A DNA stretch of 64,000 bases from Paragordius varius (taxonomy: Eukaryota; Animalia; Nematomorpha). The notes under the pieces were generated by a model. The model saw nothing but the letters and a program-made list of their open reading frames with translations. It was not told the origin of the DNA and ran no database searches. Location: the NCBI GenBank assembly GCA_964247055.1, contig OZ176050.1, forward strand, positions 1,054,001-1,118,000. The letters run 5' to 3'. Positions 41,701 to 54,400 of the stretch are shown here, piece after piece (the stretch's first letter is position 1; each line of letters begins with the position of its first letter). The translations under genes were made by a program, and so were the position numbers.

Positions 41701-44289
41701 TCGGATATTGGTCACCGGTGAACAAAATTATTTTTTATACATTCTCTTAGTAGGACTACATCAAAATATAGAGATAGTTTGGCAAACTTTTTCATAATCG
41801 ATTTTTACAACGATACTTTAAAAATTAATGTATAAAACTAGTCGTATCAATACTCAAGTTAAACTTTGTCCTTAAAAATCGGATATTGGTCACCGGTGAA
41901 CAAAACTATTTTTTATACATTCTCTTAGTAGGACTACATCAAAATATAGAGATAGTTTGGCAAACTCTTTCATATCCGATTTTTACAACGATACTTTAAA
42001 AATTAATGTATAAAACTAGTCGCATCAATACTCATGTTAAACTTTGTCCTTAAAAATCGGATATTGGTCACCGGTGAACAAAATTATTTTTTATACATTC
42101 TCTTAGTAAGACTACATCAAAATATAGAGATAGTTTGACAAACTCTTTCATATCCGATTTTTACAACGATATTTAAAAATTAATGTATAAACATAGTCGT
42201 ATCAATAAATAGCATCAATACTCAAGTTAAACTTTGTCCTTAAAAATCGGATATTGGTCACCGGTGAACAAAATTATTTTTTATACATTCTCTTAGTAGG
42301 ACTACATCAAAATATAGAGATAGTTTGGCAAACTTTTTCATAATCGATTTTTACAACGATACTTTAAAAATTAATGTATAAAACTAGTCGCATCAATACT
42401 CAAGTTAAACTTTGTCCTTAAAAATCGGATATTGGTCACCGGTGAACAAAACTATTTTTTATACATTCTCTTAGTAGGACTACATCAAAATATAGAGATA
42501 GTTTGGCAAACTCTTTCATATCCGATTTTTACAACGATACTTTAAAAATTAATGTATAAAACTAGTCGCATCAATACTCATGTTAAACTTTGTCCTTAAA
42601 AATCGGATATTGGTCACCGGTGAACAAAATTATTTTTTATACATTCTCTTAGTAAGACTACATCAAAATATAGAGATAGTTTGACAAACTTTTTCATATC
42701 CGATTTTTACAACGATACTTTAAAAATTATGGTATTAAACCAGTCGCATCAATACTCAAGTTAAACATTGTCCTTAAAAATCGGATATTGGTCACCGGTG
42801 AACAAAATTATTTTATATACATTCTCTTAGTAAGACTACATCAAAATATAGAGATAGTTTGACAAACTCTTTCATATCCGATTTTTACAACGATATTTAA
42901 AAATTAATGTATAAAACTAGTCGTATCAATAAATCGCATCAATACTCAAGTTAAACTTTGTCCTTAAAAATCGGATATTGGTCACCGGTGAAGAAAATTA
43001 TTTCTTATACATTCTCTTAGTAAGACTACATCAAAATATAGAGATAGTTTGACAAACTCTTTCATATCCGATTTTTAAAACGATACTTTAAAAAAATGTA
43101 TTAAACTAATCGCATCAATACTCAAGTTAAACTTTGTGCTTAAAAATCGGATATTGGTTACCGGTGAACAAAATTATTTTTTAGACATTCTCTTAGTAAG
43201 ACTACATGAAAATATAGAGATAGTTTGACAAACTCCTTCATATCCGATTTTTACAACGATACTTTAGTAATTAATGTATTAAACTAGTCGCATCAATACT
43301 CAAGTTAAACTTTGTCCTTAAAAATCGGATATTGGTCACCGGTGAACAAAATTATTTTTTATACATTCTCTTAGTAAGACTACATCAAAATATAGAGATA
43401 GTTTGACAAACTCCTTCATATCCGATTTTTACAACGATACTTTAGTAATTAATGTATTAAACTAGTCGCATCAATACTCAAGTTAAACTTTGTCCTTAAA
43501 AATCGGATATTGGTCACCGGTGAACAAAATTATTTTTTATACATTCTCTTAGTAAGACTACATCAAAATATAGAGATAGTTTGACAAACTCTTTCATATC
43601 CGATTTTTACAACGATACTTTAAAAATTATGGTATTAAACCAGTCGCATCAATACTCAAGTTAAACTGTGTCTTTAAAAATCGGATATTGGTCACCGATG
43701 AACAAAATTATTTTTTATACATTCTCTTAGTAAGACTACATCAAAATATAGAGATAGTTTGACCTCTTTCATATCCGATTTTTACAACATACTTTAAAAA
43801 TTAATGTATAAAACTAGTCGCATCAATACTCAAGTTAAATTTTGTCCTTAAAAATGGGATATTGGTGAGCGGTGAAGAAAATTATTTTTTATACATTCTC
43901 TTAGTAAAACTACATCAAAATATAGAGATAGTTTGACAAACTCTTTCATATCCGATTTTTACAACGATACTTTAAAAATTAATGTATTAAACTAATCGCA
44001 TCAATACTCAAGTTAAACTTTGTCCTTAAAAACGGATATTGGTCACCGGTGAACAAAATTATTTTTTATACATTCTCTTAGTAAGACTACATGAAAATAT
44101 AGAGATAGTTTGACAAATTCATTCATATCCGATTTTTACAACGATACTTTAAAAATTATTAAAACTAGTCGCATCAATAATCAAGTTAAACTTTGTCCTT
44201 AAAAATCGAATATACCGGTGAAAAAAATTATTTTTTATACATTCTCTTAGTAGGACTACATCAAAATATAGCAATAGTTTGACAAACTC

Positions 44290-47200
44290 TTTCATATCCG
44301 ATTTTTACAACGATACTTTATAAATTATGGTATTAAACCAGTCGCATCAATACTCAAGTTAAACTTTGTCCTTAAACATCGGATATTGGTCACCGGTGAA
44401 CAAAACTATTTTTTATACATTCTCTTAGTAAGACTACATCAAAATATAGAGATAGTTTGACAAACTCTTTCATATCCGATTTTTACAACGATACTTAAAA
44501 ATTAATGTATTAAACTAGTCGCATCAATACTCAAGTTAAACTTTGTCCTTTAAAATCGGATATTGATCACCGGTGAACAAAATTATTTTTTATACATTCT
44601 CTTAGTAAGACTACATCAAAATATAGAAATAGTTTGACAAACTCTTTCATATCCGATATTACAACGATACTTTAAAAATTAATGTATTAAACTAGTCGCA
44701 TCAATACTCAAGCTAAACTTTGTCCTTAAAAATCGGATATTGGTCACCGGTGAACGAAACTATTTTTTATACATTCTCTTAGTAGGACTACATCAAAATA
44801 TAGAGATAGTTTGGCAAACTCTTTCATATCCGATTTTTACAACGATACTTTAAAAATTAATGTATAAAACTAGTCGCATCAATACTCAAGTTAAACTTTG
44901 TCCTTAAAAATCGGATATTCGTCACCGGTGAACAAAATTATTTTTTATACATTCTCTTAGTAAGACTACATCAAAATATAGAAATAGTTTGACAAACTCT
45001 TTCATATCCGATATTACAACGATAAAGCTAAACATTGTCCTTAAAAATCGGATATTGGTCACCGGTGAACAAAACTATTTTTTATACATTCTCTTAGTAA
45101 GACTACATCAAAATATAGAGATAGTTTGACAAACTCTTTCATATCCGATTTTTACAGCGATACTTTAAAAAGTAATGTATTAAACTAGTCGCATCAATAC
45201 TCAAGTTAAACTTTATCCTTAAAAATCGGATATTGGTCACCGGTGAACAAAATTATTTTTTATACATTCTCTTAGTAAGACTACATCAAAATATAGAGAT
45301 AGTTTGACAAACTCTTTCTTATCCGATTTTTACAACGATACTTTAAAAATTATGGTATTAAACCAGTCGCATCAATACTCAAGTATAACTTTGTCATTAA
45401 AAATCGGATATTGGTCACCGGTGAACAAAATTATTTTATATACATTCTCTTAGTAAGACTACATCAAAATATAGAGATAGTTTGACAAACTCTTTCATAT
45501 CCGATTTTTATAACGATACTTTAAAAATTAATGTATAAAACTAGTCGCATCAATACTCAAGCTAAAATTGTCCTTAAAAATCGGATATTGGTCACCGGTG
45601 AACAAAACTATTTTTTATACATTCTCTTAGTAAGACTACATCATTATATAGAGATAGTTTGACAAACTCTTTCATATCCGATTTTTACAACGATATTTAA
45701 GAATTAATGTATAAAACTAGTCGTATCAATAAATAGCATCAATACTCAAGTTAAACTTTGTCCTTAAAAATCGGATATTGGTCACCGATGAACAAAATTA
45801 TTTTTTATACATTCTCTTAGTAGGACTACATCAAAATATAGAGATAGTTTGGCAAACTTTTTCATAATCGATTTTTACAACGATACTTTAAAAATTAATG
45901 TATAAAACTAGTCGCATCAATACTCAAGCTAAACATTGTCCTTAAAAATCGGATATTGGTCACCGGTGAATTAAACTATTTTTTATACATTCTCTTAGTA
46001 AGACTACATCAAAATATAGAGATAGTTTGACAAACCTTTTCATATCCGATTTTTACAACGATACTTTAAAAATTATGGTATTAAACCAGTCGCATCAATA
46101 CTCAAGTTAAACATTGTCCTTAAAAATCGGATATTGGTCACCGGTGAACAAAATTATTTTATATACATTCTCTTAGTAAGACTACATCAAAATATAGAGA
46201 TAGTTTGACAAACTCTTTCATATCCGAATTTTACAACGATATTTAAAAATTAATGTATAAAACTAGTCGTATCAATAAATCGCATCAATACTCAAGTTAA
46301 ACTTTGTCCTTAAAAATCGGATATTGGTCACCGGTGAACAAAATTATTTTTTATACATTCTCTTAGTAAGACTACATGAAAATATAGAGATAGTTTGACA
46401 AATTCATTCATATCCGATTTTTACAACGATACTTTAAAAATTATTAAAACTAGTCGTATCAATAATCAAGTTAAACTTTGTCCTTAAAAATCGAATATAC
46501 CGGTGAACAAAATTATTTTTTATACATTCTCTTAGTAGGACTACATCAAAATATAGAGATAGTTTGACAAACTCTTTCATATCCGATTTTTACAACGATA
46601 CTTTAAAAATTATGGTATTAAACCAGTCGCATCAATACTCAAGTTAAACTTTGTCCCTTAAAATCGGATATTGGTCACCGGTGAACAAAATTTTTTTTTA
46701 TACATTCTCTTAGTAAGACTACATCAAAATATAGAGATAGTTTGACAAACTCTTTCATATCCGAATTTTACAACGATATTTAAAAATTAATGTATAAAAC
46801 TAGTCGTATCAATAAATCGCATCAATACTCAAGTTAAACTTTGTCCTTAAAAATCGGATATTGGTCACCGGTGAACAAAATTATTTTTTATACATTCTCT
46901 TAGTAAGACTACATCAAAATATAGAGATAGTTTGACAAATTCATTCATATCCGATTTTTACAACGATACTTTAAAAATTATTAAAACTAGTCGTATCAAT
47001 AATCAAGTTAAACTTTGTCCTTAAAAATCGAATATACCGGTGAACAAAATTATTTTTTATACATTCTCTTAGTAGGACTACATCAAAATATAGAGATAGT
47101 TTGACAAACTCTTTCATATCCGATTTTTACAACGATACTTTAAAAATTATGGTATTAAACCAGTCGCATCAATACTCAAGTTAAACTTTGTCCCTTAAAA

Positions 47201-50200
47201 TCGGATATTGGTCACCGGTGAACAAAATTTTTTTTTATACATTCTCTTAGTAAGACTACATCAAAATATAGAGATAGTTTGACAAACTCTTTCATATCCG
47301 ATTTTTACAACGATACTTTAAAAATTAATGTATTAAACTAGTCGCATCAATACTCAAGCTAAACATTGTCCTTAAAAATCGGATATTGGTCACCGGTGAA
47401 CAAAACTATTTTTTATACATTCTCTTAGTAAGACTACATCAATATATAGAAATAGTTTGACAAACTCTTTCATATCCGATTTTTACAACGATACTTTAAA
47501 AATTATTAAAACTAGTCGTATCAATACTCAAGTTAAACTTTGCCCTTAAAAATCGAATATACCGGTGAACAAAATTATTTTATATACATTCTCTTAGTAA
47601 GACTACATCAAAATATAGAGATAGTTTGACAAACTCTTTCATATCCGATTTTTACAACGATATTTAAAAATTAATGTATATAACTAGTCGTATCAATAAA
47701 TCGCATCAACACTCAAGTTAAACTTTGTCCTTAAAAATCGGATATTGGTCACCGGTGAACAAAATTATGTTTTATACATTCTCTTAGTAGGACTACATCA
47801 AAATATAGAGATAGTATGGCAAACTTTTTCATATTCGATTTTTACAACGATACTTTAAAATTAATGTATAAAACTAGTTGCATCAATACTCAAGTTAAAC
47901 TTTGTCCTTAAAAATCGGATATTGGTCACCGGTGAACAAAATTTTTTTTTACATTCTCTTAGTAAGACTACATCAAAATATAGTAGTTTGATAAACTCTT
48001 TCATATCCGATTTTTACAACGATACTATTAAAATTAATGTATTAAACTAGTCGCATCAATACTCAAGCTAAACTTTGTCCTTAAACATCGGATATTGGTC
48101 ACCGGTGAACAAAACTATTTTTTATACATTCTCTTAGTAAGACTACATCAAAATATAGAGATAGTTTGACAAACTCTTTCATATCCGATTTTTACAACGA
48201 TACTTTAAAAATTATGGAATTAAATCAGTCGCATCAATACTCAAGTTAAACTTTGTCCTTAAAAATCGGATATTGGTCACCGGTGAACAATATTATTTTT
48301 TATACATTCTCTTAGTAAGACTACATCAAAATATAGAGATAGTTTGACCTCTTTCATATCCGATTTTTACAGCGATACTTTAGAAATTAATGTATTAAAC
48401 CAGTCGCATCAATACTCAAGTTAAACTTTGTCCTTAAAAATCGGATATTGGTCACCGGTGAACAAAATTATTTTTTATACATTCTCTTAGTAAGACTACA
48501 TCAAAATATAGAGATAGTTTGACCTCTTTCATATTCGATTTTTACAACATACTTTAAAAATTAATGTATAAAACTAGTCGCATCAATACTCAAGTTAAAT
48601 TTGTCCTTAAAAATGGGCTATTGGTCAGCGGTGAAGAAAATAATTTTTTATACATTCTCTTAGTAAGACTACATCAAAATATAGAGATAGTTTGACAAAC
48701 TCTTTCATATCCGATTTTTACAACGATACTTTAAAAATTAATGTATTAAACTAATCGCATCAATACTCAAGTTAAACTTTGTCCTTAAAAACGGATATTG
48801 GTCACCGGTGAACAAAATTATTTTTTATACATTCTCTTAGTAAGACTTCATGAAAATATAGAGATAGTTTGACAAATTCATTCATATCCGATTTTTACAA
48901 CGATACTTTAAAAATTATTAAAACTAGTCGCATCAATAATCAAGTTAAACTTTGTCCTTAAAAATCGAATATACCGGTGAAAAAAATTATTTTTTATACA
49001 TTATCTTAGTAGGACTACATCAAAATATAGAGATAGTTTGACAAACTCTTTCATATCCGATTTTTACAACGATACTTTAAAAATTATTAAAACTAGTCGC
49101 ATCAATAATCAAGTTAAACTTTGTCCTTAAAAATCGAATATACCGGTGAACAAAATTATTTTTTATACATTCTCTTAGTAAGACTACATGAAAATATAGA
49201 GATAGTTTGACAAACTCTTTCATATCCGATTTTTACAACGATACTTTAAAAATTAATGTATTAAACTAGTCGCATCAATACTCAAGCTAAACATTGTCCT
49301 TAAAAATCGGATATTGGTGACCGGTGAACAAAACTATTTTTTATACATTCTCTTAGTAAGACTACATCAATATATAGAAATAGTTTGACAAACTCTTTCA
49401 TATCCGATTTTTACAACGATACTTTAAAAATTATTAAAACTAGTCGTATCAATACTCAAGTTAAACTTTGCCCTTAAAAATCGAATATACCGGTGAACAA
49501 AATTATTTTATATACATTCTCTTAGTAAGACTACATCAAAATATAGAGATAGTTTGACAAACTCTTTCATATCCGATTTTTACAACGATATTTAAAAATT
49601 AATGTATATAACTAGTCGTATCAATAAATCGCATCAACACTCAAGTTAAACTTTGTCCTTAAAAATCGGATATTGGTCACCGGTGAACAAAATTATGTTT
49701 TATACATTCTCTTAGTAGGACTACATCAAAATATAGAGATAGTATGGCAAACTTTTTCATAATCGATTTTTACAACGATACTTTAAAATTAATGTATAAA
49801 ACTAGTTGCATCAATACTCAAGGTAAACTTTGTCCTTAAAAATCGGATATTGGTCACCGGTGAACAAAATTTTTTTTATACATTCTCTTAGTAAAACTAC
49901 ATCAAAATATAGAGATAGTTTGACAAACTCTTTCATATCCGATTTTTACAACGATACTTTATAAATTATGGTATTAAACCAGTCGCATCAATACTCAAGT
50001 TAAACTTTGTCCTTAAACATCGGATATTGGTCACCGGTGAACAAAACTATTTTTTATACATTCTCTTAGTAAGACTACATCAAAATATAGAGATAGTTTG
50101 ACAAACTCTTTCATATCCGATTTTTACAACGATACTTTAAAAATTAATGTATTAAACTAGTCGCATCAATACTCAAGTTAAACTTTGTCCTTTAAAATCG

Positions 50201-51420
50201 GATATTGATCACCGGTGAAAAAAATTATTTTTTATACATTCTCTTAGTAAGACTACATCAAAATATAGAAATAGTTTGACAAACTCTTTCATATCCGATA
50301 TTACAACGATACTTTAAAAATTAATGTATTAAACTAGTCGCATCAATACTCAAGCTAAACTTTGTCCTTAAAAATCGGATATTGGTCACCGGTGAACGAA
50401 ACTATTTTTTATACATTCTCTTAGTAGGACTACATCAAAATATAGAGATAGTTTGGCAAACTCTTTCATATCCGATTTTTACAACGATACTTTAAAAATT
50501 AATGTATAAAACTAGTTGCATCAATACTCAAGTTAAACTTTGTCCTTAAAAATCGGATATTCGTCACCGGTGAACAAAATTATTTTTTATACATTCTCTT
50601 AGTAAGACTACATCAAAATATAGAAATAGTTTGACAAACTCTTTCATATCCGATATTACAACGATAAAGCTAAACATTGTCCTTAAAAATCGGATATTGG
50701 TCACCGGTGAACAAAACTATTTTTTATACATTCTCTTAGTAAGACTACATCAAAATATAGAGATAGTTTGACAAACTCTTTCATATCCGATTTTTACAGC
50801 GATACTTTAAAAAGTAATGTATTAAACTAGTCGCATCAATACTCAAGTATAACTTTGTCATTAAAAATCGGATATTGGTCACCGGTGAACAAAATTATTT
50901 TATATACATTCTCTTAGTAAGACTACATCAAAATATAGAGATAGTTTGACAAACTCTTTCATATCCGATTTTTACAACGATACTTTAAAAATTAATGTAT
51001 AAAACTAGTCGCATCAATACTCAAGCTAAAATTGTCCTTAAAAATCGGATATTGGTCACCGGTGAACAAAACTATTTTTTATACATTCTCTTAGTAAGAC
51101 TACATCATTATATAGAGATAGTTTGACAAACTCTTTCATATCCGATTTTTACAACGATATTTAAGAATTAATGTATAAAACTAGTCGTATCAATAAATAG
51201 CATCAATACTCAAGTTAAACTTTGTCCTTAAAAATCGGATATTGGTCACCGATGAACAAAATTATTTTTTATACATTCTCTTAGTAGGACTACATCAAAA
51301 TATAGAGATAGTTTGGCAAACTTTTTCATAATCGATTTTTACAACGATACTTTAAAAATTAATGTATAAAACTAGTCGCATCAATACTCAAGCTAAACAT
51401 TGTCCTTAAAAATCGGATAT
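44290..51420 (+). repeat. Duplicated block, offset about 5642 (about 44290-45950 and 49930-51420; the second copy lacks one monomer)
   Basis: CTTAAACATCGG (44371/50012), TTTAAAATCGGATATTGATC and the deletion junctions (45024/50666) are shared in the same order. Confidence 0.85.
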
Positions 51421-54400
51421 TGGTCACCGGTGAACTAAACTATTTTTTATACATTCTCTTAGTAAGACTACATCAAAATATAGAAATAGTTTGACAAACT
51501 CTTTCATATCCGATTTTTACAAAGATACTTTAAAAATTATTAAAACTAGTCGCATCAATACTCAAGTTAAACTTTGTCCTTAAAAATCGAATATACCGGT
51601 GAACAAAATTATTTTATATACATTCTCTTAGTAAGACTACATTAAAATATAGAGATAGTTTGACAAACTCTTTCATATCCGATTTTTACAACGATATTTA
51701 AAAATTAATGTATAAAACTAGTCGTATCAATAAATCGCATCAATACTCAAGTTAAACTTTGTCCTTAAAAATCGGATATTGGTCACCGGTGAACAAAATT
51801 ATTTTTTATACCTTCTCTTAGTAAGACTACATAAAAATAAAGAGATAGTTTGACAAACTCTTTCATATCCGATTTTTACAACGATACTTCAAAAATTAAT
51901 GTATAAAACTAGTCGTATCAATAAATCGTATCAATACTCAAGTTAAACTTTGTCCTTAAAAATCGGATATTGGTAACCGGTGAACAAAATTATTTTTTAT
52001 ACATTCTCTTAGTAGGACTACATCAAAATATAGAGATAGTTTGGCAAACTCTTTCTTATCCGATTTTTACAACGATACTTTAAAAATTATGGAATTAAAC
52101 CAGTCGCAATACTCAAGTTAAACTTTGTCCTTAAAAATCGGATATTGGTCACCGGTGAACAAAACTATTTTTTATACATTCTCTTAGTAAGACTACATCA
52201 AAATATAGAGATAGTTTGACAAACTCTTTCATATCCGATTTTTACAACAATTCTTTAAAAATTAATGTATTAAACTAGTCGCATCAATACTCAAGTTAAA
52301 CTTTATCCTTAAAAATCAGATATTGGTCACCGGTGAACAAAATTATTTTTTATACATTCTCTTAGTAGGACTACATCAAAATATAGAGATAGTTTGGCAA
52401 ACTCTTTCATATCCGATTTTTACAACGATACTTTAAAAATTATGGTATTAAACCAGTCGCATCAATACTCAAGTTAAACTTTGTCCTTAAAAATGAGATA
52501 TTGGTCACCGGTGAACAAAATTATTTTTTATACATTCTCTTAGTAGGACTACATCAAAATATAGAGATAGTTTGGCAAACTCTTTCATATCCGATTTTTA
52601 CAACGATACTTTAAAAATTATGGTATTAAACCAGTCGCATCAATACTCAAGTTAAACTTTGTCCTTAAAAATCGGATATTGGTCACCGGTGAACAAAACT
52701 ATTTTTTATACATTCTCTTAGTAAGACTACATCAAAATATAGAGATAGTTTGACAAACTCTTTTCCGATTTTTACAACGATACTTTAAAAATTAATGTAT
52801 TAAACTAGTCGCATCAATACTCAAGTTAAACTTTGTCCTTAAAAATCGGATATTGGTCACCGGTGAACAAAATTATTTTTTATACATTCTCATAGTAAGA
52901 CTACATCAAAATATAGAAATAGTTTGACAAACTCTTTCATATCCGATTTTTACAACGATATTTAAAAATTAATGTATAAAACTAGTCGTATCAATAAATA
53001 GCATCAATACTCAAGTTAAACTTTGTCCTTAAGAATCGGATATTGGTCACCGATGAACAAAATTATTTTTTATACATTCTCTTAGTAGGACTACATCAAA
53101 ATATAGAGATAGTTTGGCAAACTTTTTCATAATCGATTTTTACAACGATACTTTAAAAATTAATGTATAAAACTAGTCGCATCAATACTCAAGTTATTTG
53201 TCCTTAAAAATCGGATATTGGTCACCGGTGAACAAAACTATTTTTTATACATTCTCATTAAGACTACATCAAAATATAGAGATAGTTTGACAAACTCTTT
53301 CATATCCGATTTTTACAGCGATACTTTAAAAATTAATGTATTAAACTAGTCGCATCAATACTCAGTTAAACTTTGTCATTAAAAATCGGATATTGGTCAC
53401 CGGTGAACAAAATTATTTTATATACATTCTCTTAGTAAGACTACATCAAAATATAGAGATAGTTTGACAAACTCTTTCATAATCGATTTTTACAACGATA
53501 CTTTAAAAATTAATGTATAAAACTAGTCGCATCAATACTCAAGTTATTTGTCCTTAAAAATCGGATATTGGTCACCGGTGAACAAAACTATTTTTTATAC
53601 ATTCTCATTAAGACTACATCAAAATATAGAGATAGTTTGACAAACTCTTTCATATCCGATTTTTACAGCGATACTTTAAAAATTAATGTATTAAACTAGT
53701 CGCATCAATACTCAAGTTAAACTTTGTCATTAAAAATCGGATATTGGTCACCTGTGAACAAAACTATTTTTTATACATTCTCTTAGTAAGACTACATCAT
53801 TATATAGAGATAGTTTGACAAACTCTTTCATATCCGATTTTTACAACGATATTTAAGAATTAATGTATAAAACTAGTCGTATCAATAAATAGCATCAATA
53901 CTCAAGTTAAACTTTGTCCTTAAAAATCGGATATTGGTCACCGATGAACAAAATTATTTTTTATACATTCTCTTAGTAGGACTACATCAAAATATAGAGA
54001 TAGTTTGGCAAACTTTTTCATAATCGATTTTTACAACGATACTTTAAAAATTAATGTATAAAACTAGTCGCATCAATACTCAAGCTAAACATTGTCCTTA
54101 AAAATCGGATATTGGTCACCGGTGAACTAAACTATTTTTTATACATTCTCTTAGTAAGACTACATCAAAATATAGAAATAGTTTGACAAACTCTTTCATA
54201 TCCGATTTTTACAAAGATACTTTAAAAATTATTAAAACTAGTCGCATCAATACTCAAGTTAAACTTTGTCCTTAAAAATCGAATATACCGGTGAACAAAA
54301 TTATTTTATATACATTCTCTTAGTAAGACTACATTAAAATATAGAGATAGTTTGACAAACTCTTTCATATCCGATTTTTACAACGATATTTAAAAATTAA

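Noticed and set aside
23270-43000. Compensatory covariation between the arms of the 14-bp inverted repeat
   Set aside because: The left-arm variant ATAATCGATTTTTA is typically followed by TGGG or consensus right arms, and the right-arm variant ATCGAAT follows consensus left arms. No pairing-preserving changes were seen. Likewise, GAAATAG and AACTATTTC would together perfect the 13-bp hairpin but were not seen in the same monomer.
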